From positions 3,756,388 through 3,820,387 of the forward strand of contig MU062119.1 of NCBI GenBank assembly GCA_013265495.1: a stretch of DNA of 64,000 bases, in the 5' to 3' direction. The notes beneath the pieces were generated by a model. It saw only the letters and a program-made list of their open reading frames with translations. It was not told where the DNA came from and did not search any database. A program made the translations under genes and the position numbers. Below, piece by piece: positions 36,122-48,214 of the stretch; position 1 is the first letter of the stretch; each line of letters opens with the position of its first letter. This stretch comes from Vicugna vicugna. Taxonomy: Eukaryota.

Positions 36122-39100
36122 AAATTCCCCTTAAAGGGAAGGACGTGTCGGTTTTCCAAAATCCTCTTTAGAACAGTGTAACTCAGTTCTGCATTTTGCC
36201 TTTGTAATGTAAATGGTTGCACTAGGAGATTTTTTAAGCCAGTTATTTTGCCAGAGTTCTCTCAGATACGTGCTTTCTCTCTCCACCTCTTGGAATTTTC
36301 TGGGGCCCAGACAGTCTCGGCTCCTCTGGGAAGGAGGCCTCCTGGGCCCCCAGGGCTGATCCAGGCTGAGCCCTGCATTTGCTCCTGCCCGTACAGCTCA
36401 CACGTACAGCTTTGGGATGCCTCCCCATCCCGTCCTGTCACCTTTCCTGCCATATTCGCGTCTGCCCAGTAAGTGGCAAGCTTGGAGGGCGAGGCTCTCT
36501 TAGGACTTGGCCCTTGGCACGTGGGTGATGGGCTGGGAGTCGAACGCTTAGTCTGAGGCTACGAAGCCCTCAGAAGCGCCTCTTGTGTTTCTGAGGACAC
36601 TGAGGTTCAGAGGCGTGAGTATTCATGGGGCCGGGGGCGAAGGGGTGGGAAGAAGGACCCTCGCCTCGCGGACAGAATTGAAGGAGTTGTGGGGAAACAG
36701 CCGTGAAGAACGCCCTAGTCCAGGGACAGCGGTGGTGGAACCGGGACAGACATCAGCCTTCGGGGGGGACAGCTTTTCTCTTATGCTGTTGGCCCAGAGT
36801 TGTAACTGCCTCCCAGACCCCCGAGTCTCTCTATGACATAGCAGTGATCTGCTGGGGGGTTCCTTGGGTTCTTGGTGGAGCAGATGGAGAGACGGGTGAA
36901 CTCTGCTGAGGCTCCACCAGCACTCAGGGGACTGCGCACAGAAGTCAGTCTTTCTGCTTGCTCAGTCCCGTCCCCTCTGGACCTCCAGCGCCTGTCTGGA
37001 GACGTTCTGAGGTGTTCGAGGTTCACAGTGCGCTTAAAACTTCCTGGCGTCGCATTGCTGTCGGTGCAGGGCCTTGCGACCCTGGGCACAGCACTGATCC
37101 CATCTGAGGCGCTGGTGTGAACTCCTGGAGCAGAGCTTTGTGGAAAGGAGTCAGTGTCTCGTGTGAAATGCGCACGTCCCCGCACAGCACGTTTCCTCAC
37201 AGCGCTGACAGCAAAACATCCTCCTCTTTTCACTCAGTGTGTGATTAAAAAAAAAAAAAACGTTCCCCGAGCTCAGGCCCTCAGAATCTGGAGAAGGGGA
37301 CGTTTATAGGATACATGGAAGGGTCATTTATAAATTGATGTCACTGTTGACCAAACAGTTTTGCTTGTCTTTTTAATGAAATGATAACATTCTTAAACCA
37401 AGACGCACCCCCACCCCCGCTCTGCCCCCAGCACACGCCCCCGGTGGAGCCCTGTTTTGCTGAGATGCAGGCTTTCAGTACCAAGGCAGGCTGGCTGCAG
37501 TCCTGGCCACAGGGGCTATTTGCCTGCTGGTGTTAATTAAACTGATGGGCCAATTCAGTTAAAACAACAGCAACAACAGTGTAATTATTTGGTGGAATTG
37601 AGCATTTTTCCAGCTGAATCTGTCCACCACCAGGACAGGTGGGGAAGGAAGCATCAGTTGTGGCAAGGAAGCATGGGCGGCAGACCCGCTCCATCCCATC
37701 CTAGCTGGCTGCCTGGCCTGGGGGCTGGCCTGAGCTTCAGGGAGCCTTGGCTTCCCCATACCCTCCTTCCAGAAGGTTCCAGTCAGATGGGTGGGATATG
37801 CAGTGCATTTGACTCGGGACCTGCTACCAGAGGCTGTCGGCGTCCCCTCTGCCCTGGTCTTCCTCACCCCCCTCCCACATTGTGCTGAGAGGCAGAGGCA
37901 TCTCAGACGTGAGGCGGTGGGGGGGAACCCGCTTGCCCTGAGGGTTGGGGTTGGGGGGTGGTTATTGGACTTTGATGTGTCTGGGAAGGCTACCGGAACA
38001 GTCTTTTTGAAACATATTATTTAATAGCATTCATTGATCGTCTGGCATATGCAAAGACCTCCACTAAGCTACTGTATGAAACCTTAAACCCAATCTGATC
38101 CAGGCTCCCGGCAGTAACAAAAGTGACAAACGGGACATGCTAGTCCTAGTCCTGAGGGCGGGAGGGGAGCGGGCGTGGGCCTGGCCCGCCTCTCAGTTCG
38201 GGGCTACTGTTCACCAGCAGTTCCACTTAAAAGGGTGCTTAAACCTGACTTTTCATGCATGTTTCTTAGGGGAAAATATATAGAAATGGTTTATAAATGT
38301 AACACTTGTTTATCATAGAATATCTGGAAAATACACAAGGGCCCAAAAGTGGATTTAAAAAAAATACAAAAATGCCACAACGGAGAGATCAGCACTTTCT
38401 GCATTTCGGGGTTTTGTCCGCGGGCAGCACACACATGCCCCGCCGTGTGGAGCAGTGTCTGAGCTATTGTTATTACTGTTAATTATCTTATCAAAACAGG
38501 GTGGAATTGTACATGTGCTGGTTTTGCAAATTACTTGCTTTCTTTGATTGCCCGAACATCTCCCTCGCCCTTCAGTATTTTTCTACAATGTGATTTTTAG
38601 TGTCCCCTTTCCTCACTGCAGAGGCTCGGAGCGCCTCTGTGTAGCTCAGCCTTCCCAGGGAAGGTGTCATGGAGATGCGTGTCTGGCATTGGCACTTGGG
38701 GCTCCGTGGGCTTTGGCGGCACTGACGTTAATCTATGCAATTTCGTGAACGTGGCTCTTTATTCTAAGCTCATGAGTCCTGCCCTGCCCAGATGCTGCCC
38801 AGGAGAGGGAAGGGATGGGAGCGAAGCAGCTAGGACTTGGATCCGCCCGTTCTGTGGCTCTGCCCGTTTGGGGAACTTCGGAGGCAGCCTCCCCCTTCCA
38901 AATCGGACTGTCGCAGACGCAGGCTGGGAGTGCTGAGTGTCAGGGGAGCAAGCGGCACTTCTTGCCAAGGCTGCTTCACCACTAAACACGGCAGGCGGCT
39001 CCAGACCCAATGCTGTCCCCCAGGAAAGGCACAGAAATCGAATTTTATCTCCCAAAGTGTGTTGTGGATGGAAGCGTGACTATTGCAGCAACGCCACCAA

Positions 39101-42100
39101 TGCGAACACTTCACCCTCACTCTGAGGCAGACAGTGTTCTTAAGGCTCTCACAGGAACTCATTCAACTGTGCACCCGTCCTTTGAGGTAGGTGCGCGACA
39201 CCAGCTCTCTGCAGCCCCAGACTGCCTGGAAGTGGGCTGGAAGGTTCTGTATCTGCCAGGTTGCCCATAGTCGCATCCCACCCCCAGAAACACATCCTTG
39301 TTTATTTGACTTGAACAAAGCCCAGTATGTGCAACGTTCACCGCTCGATTCTTTTGTCCCCTCTTATCACAAGAACAGTGAATGGTTGCCACCCAGGTTT
39401 TGAGCGGCACCAAGAGAAATGCCTTAACATCCGCGTGGATGAGAACCTCCGACGCTGGCCCAGAGCCTCCGTCCTAAGGAGAGAGCAAGTGGGATTTACC
39501 AGCTCGTTGCTGGCACGTGGCGCTTCCGTGCTGCTTGCCCTGGGCCCGGCCCTCCTCCCACCGCTCCCGCTGGCCCGTGCTGCTCTCCTCTTGTGAGTGG
39601 GTTTCAGTGAAACTGGAGGGGCAGAGGGCTGCTCAGCAAGAGCTGATGGCACTTCACAGAGGACTTTGTGCCCTGCTTTCTGGTTTTCCACGACTTTGAA
39701 CCTGGCCACTCCTGGCTCTTTGTCCCCAGCTGAGCTCTGAGTCCCCGGGGTCCCGGATGCTGGGGCTCTAATAAAAGACTCGGTTCCAAGGAGCTCGGGG
39801 ACCAGCCTGGGGTGGCGCAGGTCCGTGAAGCTCACCGTCAGCACTGATGCTGCGGCTCTGTTCCTTCTCGCTGAAGTTCCCAGAAGCCAGTGCAGGAGAT
39901 GTCAGAGATTTTGAGTCCATCTTCATGGTGAGCAGACTAGGCTCCCACAGGTCCTGTATAAAGCTGCCACCTTTTCTCCTTCCAACCTGAACTGCAGACA
40001 GAGCCCTTCCTCCATCTTCCAACCTTCCCACTGACAGCACTGGACAAAATGGGGTTATCGCTATTTTAACTCTTTTCTTGGGAATTTTGCCCCTCTACTT
40101 TTAATTAAAAATTTAATTTCACATGCGCAGATCCTTAATTGAATCCAGGTTCAATTTGACCACCTTCCTACCGCATTCTTTTTATTTGAAAGGGAAACGG
40201 GTGATGACCATGCTCCCAGGACAGGGCGGGTCAGTCTCCAGCCCCGGGGCTCCCCTGACCCTGGGGGTGGAAGGGCGCCATGGACCGGTCTCTGCACAGG
40301 GGTGGAGGGGGTTGGGGTGCGGGCGCCTGGACCTTCCTCTGCACCTGCCGGCCAGACCTGACTCCGACTCCGGCCAAACAGCCCTGGCGCCGCCAGCGCG
40401 GAGAGGCAGCTAGGGAAGAGGACGGTGCACGCTGGGTCAAGGCAGAGCAGCCTGGCTGTGCGGCGGGAGGGGAGAGGGGCGTGGAGGGCGGAAGGAGCAG
40501 GGACCCCAAGGGATGGAGAAGTGCGGGGCTAGTCGCTGAAGGGGAGAGAAGGAGTGAGAAAGACAGGAGGGCGCCTTGGAGAGGGGCCAGGATGGTTTTG
40601 AGGGGAGTGGGGAGAACTTCCAAAGAGCCTCTTTGAGGAGAGGAGCAAGCGGAGGTGAGTTTCGGAGGAGAGGGCGGGTCCCAAGGTGTGTGTGGGGTTG
40701 GGGAGGGAGGGAGGCAGAAATGCGGAGGGAAAACGGGAAAAAGGGAGAGGGAGCTCCAGCTGAGCCGGGAGGGAGCCGGCAGGGGAGCAGCCTAATGCGC
40801 CTCCCCCCGCTAGGGTGGCCCACCCTGCCCTGAGTCCTCCCTGCCTCCCTGCTGCTGGACCCCCGCTCCCTTCAGCGCTTTAATACCGGGCCTCCTGGAG
40901 CCCCGCTGGTGGTGGGCGCTGGCACTGAGCCCCCCACGCTCACCAAGCCCTCTTCGGCCCCACCCTGCAAGCCTCTGAGCCTGATGACAGTGATGCATCC
41001 CTCAGCCCTCCCCCCACCATGGGTTTCCGGGGTCCGGAGGCGAGGGGACTGAGGTGGGAGCGGAGTAAGGGAGAAAGGTTAGGGTACCACTTGCTTGTGG
41101 AGGAGGCTGCACGCTGAGCAACTGTCCTTTCCCAGCCAGGCCCACGGCCCCAAGTGTGATAAACAGAGCACACCACCCTGTGACAAGTGAGCAGGCCTTG
41201 ACACCTGGGGCCAGACTCAGGAGCCTTTAGTTTGCAAGAACCAATCCCAACCCTGCCAGATCACACAAATCACCCTTGACCCTTAATTGAGAGTCTAGGG
41301 CCCCAAGCCTGGGCCTATTGGATTTCCAGGCCTGCAGAGGGGCCCAGGAGTCTGGATTTCAAGTGCATGCCATGGGGTGACCTTTCCACATCCAGGAGTG
41401 GGTGGAGGTGCATGTAGCAGGCGCCTAATACGAGTTAGCAGATGTGAATTAGTCCTGTCTACACAGCCTGAGAGGACACTTCGGCACCTTTGAGAGACTG
41501 GCCCTGTGGGGTTGGGGTTGTGTTGAGCCCAGTGGGGTTTCATTATCCTGTTATAGCCGAGGAGGCCGGGACTGTGCGAGGAGGGGTCGGGCCTTTGGCC
41601 TCTCCTACACTCAGTGCTGCCGGCTGAGTCAGTAAGGAGGGCAGCCCCGGCAGCCCCCACGCCTGAACTCCTCGGGTCTAGAGTCTGTGCCTCCGGTCCA
41701 GTCCTCGCGATGAGGCTCCAACAGCTTGCCGCTTGTTCCAGGCCCCTCAGTGACGAGCTGGGGCTCCTGGGCCTGCCCGGTGGCTCGTGCGCCCCTGCGC
41801 CAGGCAGTGAGCCAGGCCAGGCCTGGGTGAGGGCGTCCAGGGGCCTTGGGGGCTGAGCACCAGGTCTCCACTGAGCACTGCGGTCACTCACTGTGGCAGC
41901 GGGCGGCCAGGTGAAAGCTGGGAGTGCAAGCCCGAACTGGGGATGTGGGGCTTCAGGAAGGAGCCCCAGAAGCTCCAAGGAGCTGACAGTATGAACGGGG
42001 GTAGGTTGGGGAGGGGAGAAGGGGTCGGGGGGAGGTGGATTCACATGCTGAGTCTGGAGGAGGAAGGGGGAAGGGAAGGGGAGGGGATTGGAGGGGTGCT

Positions 42101-43124
42101 GGCTTGCTCAGGGGTCTTGGCCAGTGGGTGGGGTATCAGGCCTCCTCAGCAGCTCCCCAAACCATGAAATCCAGATGGGAGACCCAAGGGAGGTGATGCC
42201 AGGGAAGCACGTGTCCTCTAGCTTCCTGGCAGCGCAGCAGCTGGGCTGGGGAGTGAGATCCTGCATCCACTCAGGGTACCAATTCCTGGCCTCTTTTCCA
42301 ACATCACCTCATTCAGTCCCCATAAGTTCTGGTTCTGGTTGAGCAACTTTTGTGAAACTGGCCGCCCTCCAGAGCCCAGATCTCAGGGTTAGCTCCACCT
42401 CCCTGGGGGACCTTGTGATACCCCCGAGCTTCTGCACCCGGGACCCGCCAGCCTTGCTCCTTAAACCTCTGTGAAGGGTGCGGCCAGCCCTCAGAGGCGG
42501 GCTGCAGGGGGAGGGCTCCAGCGCCAGTTCTCACAGGCGCTGGAGTTGAGTAGCAGTTTTTAAACAACACCTGGAGACCCCAGGATGCCAGATTAGCTGG
42601 TGTGTGTTAATTAGTTCTTGGCCAAGTCAGGGCACCTTCGGAAGACCCCAACAGCAGGAAGAACTCTTCTCAGCAAGTGCATGACGTTAGCACGATACGG
42701 CTGAACGGGACCCAGAACCTGAACGCCCCCGGCCGGCCCCCGTGGGTGGCACGTTAGCTCCTGGAGGATTCCTGCAGGTGCCAGTCTCAAGCCTGGCCGG
42801 GAATCTGGCATATCCCTAGGCTTCTCAGGACTTTCCTTACCTCGGCTGGAGTCCAGGCTGAGGTTGGGGTGTTCAGCGTTACAAGGAGCTGTCCCAGGTG
42901 CCCATGAATATTCAGGTTCAACAAGCACAGTCAAAAGTGTTTCCCTTGAAGTGCAGATGAAGTGCAGCAAGTCTTGGCTTGGGGGGAAACAACAAAAATG
43001 AGAATTCAGTGTTGGGTTTTTCTTGAAGATGTGGTGTAATTATCACCAGCCTGGACTGATGGATCCTCGGTGAGCGCGATGCATTTTCTTCAGTAGCATG
43101 CTGAGTACTGTGGGGGTTCTCCTT

Positions 43125-43500
43125 CTGTTCTGGTTATTCCTGCTTTGTAACAAATTACCCAAAACCTAGTGGCGAAAACGGCCATGTGATTTTGTGTGTG
43201 CCTGTGGATGCGGACTGCAGGAAGGGCCTAGGTGGGTGGGCCTCCCTAGGGAGCTGTCTTTTGATTGTGGTCAGGTGTTGGCTTGCATGTACAGAATGGC
43301 GCACTCTCGTAGCTGCCAGTCAGTGCAGTTGAGGCTTGCTGCCGCCCCGTCCTGGGAACTCAGCCGGGCTGTGGCTTGGAGCCCCAGCATGGTGATCTTG
43401 GTGCTGTGGGATGTCTTATGTGGCAGCTGTCTTCCCCCCCAGAGCCAGTAGCCCCAGAGGAGCCGGCAAGAGCTGCCTGGTGTGTCTTGCCCCTAGTGGG
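43125..43500 (-). mobile_element. MaLR LTR, MLT1F/H-like
   Basis: GCTTTGTAACAAATTACCCAAAACCTAGTGGC..CTGGGAACTCAGCCGGGCTGTGGC..CTTCCCCCCAGAGC..GCAAGAGCTGC. Confidence 0.65.
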
Positions 43501-43529
43501 TTTTCTCTGGACTTTGCTGTTTGCATGGA

Positions 43530-43566
43530 ACACACACACACACGCACGCACGCACGCACACACACA
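43530..43566 (+). repeat. Compound (CA)n/(CACG)n microsatellite
   Basis: ACACACACACACACGCACGCACGCACGCACACACACA. Confidence 0.95.
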
Positions 43567-44622
43567 GCACCAGCAGCCTTTGGTAAATACCCCATTGCTT
43601 CTGCTGGGGTAACAGAGTTTTCATCTGCACGGGCTCCCAGAGTCTTCCTGGCACAGCAGGGTTGAGCTCCAAGGCCCGCTGGTGCTCAGCACCCAGTGAC
43701 CCACCCTTCACGGGCTGCCCTCTTCCCCCTTTGTCCTGTCCGGCTCATCCGCTGATATTTCCTGGGACCATTAGCTAAACAAACTCCTTCACTTGAATGC
43801 TGTCTCTGCCTCTCTTGGGAAGGAACCCAAATGAAAACAGTCCCCAAGAAGGATGGCTGCTTCTCTCAGGCACAAAGGCCTCCAGACCAGCCGTCCATAT
43901 GAGAGGCTCCCAAGAAGTAAACAGAAGTGAAGGACCAGCAGACTCGTAGCAACTTTCGAAATCAGAGCCGCCCCGTGCAAGGCTTAGGGAACATCCTCGA
44001 AGCAGCCTCCCTGGCTATTGCTCAATACTAGGTCCCTGGGTGGGGAGGGTTGGGGTCTGAGCAGAATGAGATCCTGCCCACACTGTCCCCTAGAGCCGAA
44101 AGCAGGGATTTAGTGAGAAGGGACTTTGGCTGGTGGCTGGAGAGGGTCCTAATGGGAGGACCCTGTATGAGAGGCAGTGATGGTGGGTCTGCTCAGCCAG
44201 CCTGGACGCTGATGAACTGGTCCAAATCTGCTGCAAATTCCTGAGCCCGGCTCTGAGTCTGGGCACTGTCGGAGGGCCTGTGGGCCGCGGACTTGCCCGT
44301 CCTACTGATGGCCAAGGCAGGGTGCAGATTCTTTATCTTGGCCACCCTGGGCGTGTGCAGTGGCTTAGAGCAAGCTGTGGGTTGAGGGCCATGCTGGGTA
44401 GGATTCTGTGCTTGTGGTCAACTTAGGGGAAGGGAATTTACTGTATTGCTGAGCTCAATAACCAGCCCTAAAGATGGAAAACCAGGCTCAAAAAGAAAAA
44501 AACAAACAAGAAGGTACTAAAGTCTGTTTGTAGTGCAGAACCATTTGATGGTTTCTGTAGGTCACCATGGCTGGGAGCTATCATATTTTTTTAACATGTG
44601 TGTGTATAGCTCTTACTATTAC

Positions 44623-44629
<7 letters not shown>

Positions 44630-44658
<29 letters not shown>
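44630..44658 (+). repeat. (TG)14 microsatellite
   Basis: Perfect TG repeat. Confidence 0.97.
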
Positions 44659-44659
<1 letters not shown>

Positions 44660-44660
<1 letters not shown>

Positions 44661-44810
44661 AATCTTCATAACAATGTTGTGAGGTCAGTAATTTTATTAT
44701 CTCTGTATTTTAGACAAGGAAACTGAAGCACAGGAGAGTTTAAAATGACTTGTCTGTGGTTAGTGGCAACCAAAGTAGAGGCAACAGAGAGGATTCAAGC
44801 TGAACTACTT
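44660..44810 (-). mobile_element. MIR SINE
   Basis: TTTAATCTTCATAACAA..GTGAGGTCAGTAATTTTATTATC..TTTTAGACAAGGAAACTGAAGCACAG..TGACTTGTC. Confidence 0.75.
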
Positions 44811-44929
44811 GGTTTTTGGAATACTGTTGCTTTTTCAGTTAAAACCAAAAGGCCAAAAGATGGGAGAATCTGGCTATTATCTCCCTGAAGGTCTTCAGAG
44901 GTCTTTCTTTGGAAGCTTTTCAAGCTTCT

Positions 44930-45105
44930 TTTTCTGAGGGCCAAAAAAGCTGCTGGAGCTCCATCCATTGCATTGACATTCTGGGAAGAAGAAAAAAGTG
45001 GTTGTGATGGGAGGAAGAGGATGAAAGGCTACCTTTTTAGCTGAGTCAACAACACTTTAAGATGTTTTCTTGGAAGTCCTACACAATTGCTTTGGCTTAC
45101 ATCTC
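44930..45105 (-). mobile_element. MLT1J/K-like LTR fragment
   Basis: GCTGCTGGAGCTCCATCCATT..AGCTGAGTC..TTCTTGGAAGTCCTACACAA..GCTTACATCTC. Confidence 0.55.
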
Positions 45106-45867
45106 AACAATAGTAATAAACAGGATAATAATTATTGCAATAATAATAATAGAAATCCTTGCACCAACCTCTTTCCTCTTTCTGGGGCCAGGGAGTAAGA
45201 ACCATGTGAAATTATAATGAAATCTACCATATCCTGGTTAACACTTGAATTCCTGCCTTTAAGAATGCTTTAAGTATCTCGTGACCACAGCAGCCTTCAC
45301 TAGGCAGGAATGGAGCACAATTACTGGGGTGCTGGTGGACTTAGTTAAATAATTAGAGTGAACTGCTAGAGACCTTCTAGTTTCTGTGTTTAGGTTAAAT
45401 CGGCATTGCTGATTCTCCATGGCAAGGCTTGCTTTCAAGTTCTTATTGGTGTAATTAAGGGTGGTACTTTGCAAAGAGGACGCCCCCTGTTTACTTTTGC
45501 ACTCCCGGAGACCCAGCAATTACCTCCTCCAGGCCTGGGAAGGTGTGAGAGCAGACACGGCTCCTGCTCCCAGCTGGCCCACCAGGCATGCCCCGCTTCA
45601 CGAATGCAGAACCCAGCACACCATCAAACTCAAACTTAAGCACCAGGTCACTTCAGGTAGGTGTCGGGGGGTTGTCTGTTTGTTTTTCCATCAGGACAGG
45701 CTCCCCAGGGTCTCTGAGGTCTTCGGGACCTGGGGAGGACTGGGTGCTGGGCTGTCTGGCACCAGTTTCAGGATGGACTCCCTCCTATCCCAGCTGTCTG
45801 CTTTGTGCCTCAACCCTGGGGGAGGGACAGCTTTGCGAGCCACTCAGGGACATTTTGGAGGTGATGC

Positions 45868-45960
45868 TCCCTCCAGCCAGCTGTGTCATCCTGGGCAGTG
45901 TGGCTTGCCCTTTCTGGACCTCAGTTTCCTCAACTGGAAAGTGGAGGTCATCCCAGTTAG
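45868..45960 (+). mobile_element. MIR SINE core
   Basis: CCAGCTGTGTCATCCTGGGCAG..CCTCAGTTTCCTCAACTGGAAAGTGG. Confidence 0.7.
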
Positions 45961-47397
45961 TGAGCAGGAGGTGTCCCCCACTCCCCACTGTATTTTGATT
46001 GTGTGAAGCTGTGCGAAGACCAAGGGCAGAAGAGAGAAGCCGAAATCAAGAAGTCACCGGGGAGCAAACAGCTTTCCCTCCCCGCAAAGAGCTCCCCCTG
46101 CCAGGTATGCTTTAGTTCCCATTTTGAACCACCTCCCCTCCTTCTGGGCCGGATGGAGTCAGTTGATGGTCTTTGACAAAGAAGTTTTGAAGGGCAAGAC
46201 ACACCACTGAAGTTGCTCAAGTTCTCCAGTGTGTGAGGTGGCATTCTGCGTCACCATACAGAACATATCCTTCTGGGGTAAAAAGCAAAAAAGGCCCATT
46301 GAGGAAGAGGCTTCCCTCCTGGGCATTCCTCTGTGTTCCCGGGTGAGTCCAGTCCACAGAGAGGCCGCACGACAGCACCACGCGCGTGCCGTGCTGCGCT
46401 CAGAGGCTCCAGTCCTGCTGAGGGGCCTCTGCGGCACGGGAGTCCGGGTGCCGGGCACACGGAGCTTCGGAGAAGGCATTAGAGAGGCTTGTCAGTGCTT
46501 CTCAGGCAGCTCCCCTGGGGTTTTAAAATTTGATTTCCTTGGCTGAGAACTGAGTTCTTGGCTTAACCACAACCTCATGAAATATTAACAGTTTCCCCAC
46601 TGGAAGTCGTGTGCATGCACACACGTGCGTGTGTGAAAATATAACTTTCTTCTAGAAAATTCTAAGAATGCTGGGGTAGCATGGCCCGGGAACACTGCCA
46701 AGTGCCAGGACCCCTGTTGATATCTCATGGAATCGTCCTGATACCCTACCACCCCCATCACAGACAGGAGGAAACTGAGGTCAGACAGGAGCCTGGAGAG
46801 TCACCAGGGTCACCTGGGTGGTCAGGGTGAAGCTGGACCCAGCTCCAGGGCTTCTGCTGCCCATTAGTCACAGGGTCGGGGTTCCACCCGGGCCAATAGT
46901 GCCTGTCCCTGACTCTGGAATTTTCCCTGGGAGTTCCTCCCTGTCGGGGAAGCGTCTGCACCTTTCTTAGTATCAGTGAGGACAGGCCCACATTCCCCAC
47001 GGTTCCTGGGCTGCCCCAGAGCCCAGCCCTCTGGTGCTCCTTGGCAACGTGCCGCCCTCCTCCATCCCTCGCCCTGTTCCTTTCTGGCACCGGAAGACTG
47101 TTTGCTTCTGCCAGCAGCTGGGGACCAGGCTAGCTCTCCAGGCACTGGGCAGCTTCTTCTCCTGGCACCTGTCTACTTGGACATGCCACACTCCCGTTCT
47201 CCATCAGCCTGGGAAGAACATGCAAGGCCATGGGGGTCGCCCTCTTCAGGGCAGGAAGAGTCACTCGAAATGGCTCTTAGGGGAGTCTGGGCTCATTTCT
47301 GTCGGTGACCCCCTGATAACCTCTCCTGGGTTTCATCTTTTTTGATATCTGGATAGACTTCCTTCCCTTGTGAAGTCAGCCTCAGCCGGGGTGTGCA

Positions 47398-47585
47398 CCC
47401 AGCTCTCTGCCACTTCATGCTGTGTGACCTTGGGCAAGTGACTCAGTCTCTCTGGGCCTCATCTTCCTCATCTGTAAAATGGGAGCAACAATCACCCCCG
47501 CCTCATGGGACCATTGTGGTGACTGTGTTGCTTGGTGCACCCAGACTTTGAAGCCCAGCCTGCACACCATTAGCACTGAGTGTTT
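47398..47585 (+). mobile_element. MIR SINE
   Basis: CTCTGCCACTT..GCTGTGTGACCTTGGGCAAGTGACTCAGTCTCTCTGGGCCTCATCTTCCTCATCTGTAAAATGGG. Confidence 0.88.
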
Positions 47586-48175
47586 GCTGCAGCTCCTGTC
47601 TTTGTCTTTAGTACAAATTCAGCGATCAAGAAGCCCAGAGCCTCTTTGCAAATAAGTGATGTAGTAACTTCACACTTTGGTGGTCCTGAGGGTTCAAATG
47701 AGGCATATCTGAATTTAAACCCTAGAGTCCCCCTTTAAAAAAGTGTTTTCTATGGAAACCTGTCCTCTGGTCCTTCATTATGCACTGCTCTACCGTAGGG
47801 AAAAGGCACCAGAGAAAATCAAATCGTATTTTTCATCCTGTAAACTTAAATACCAATCACTAAAGGAAACATGGGAATTTTCTGGCGTTAAAATACTGTT
47901 GCTTAAAATAAACCAGAGGATATGAATTCCAAGGAGTTATGGTTGAGTTGAGGTTCTAGGGGAGTCCTTGAAAGGCCACTTGCCGGGGTCACCAGATCTG
48001 CTGAGCCCTTGAGACTCAAATAGCTCCCCAGTTTCGACCAAGACGCTTTCCCATGATCCCACAGCAGGAGACTTGTCCTGCTGGCTGTGGTCCTCCAGGC
48101 ACCTCCCGGAGGAATGAATATTTAAGCGAAGTTGAGATTTTCTTAGCAAGACGGAATATAGGGGAACCGCATCCA

Positions 48176-48214
48176 GGATGGATGGATGGGTGGATGGATA
48201 GACAGACAGATAGA
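48176..48214 (+). repeat. Imperfect (GGAT)n/(GACA)n tetranucleotide repeat
   Basis: GGATGGATGGATGGGTGGATGGATAGACAGACAGATAGAT. Confidence 0.85.

Noticed and set aside
37244-37260. ATTAAA merging into an A13 run, possible retrocopy tail
   Set aside because: No spacing between signal and tail, no TSD and no recognisable upstream mRNA sequence.
41295-42044. 249-aa minus-strand ORF
   Set aside because: Starts in a G-run tract, no domain, composition as expected by chance.
46815-46823. Perfect GLI consensus TGGGTGGTC
   Set aside because: Single 9-mer next to a MIR fragment; about 0.5 expected by chance in 64 kb on both strands.
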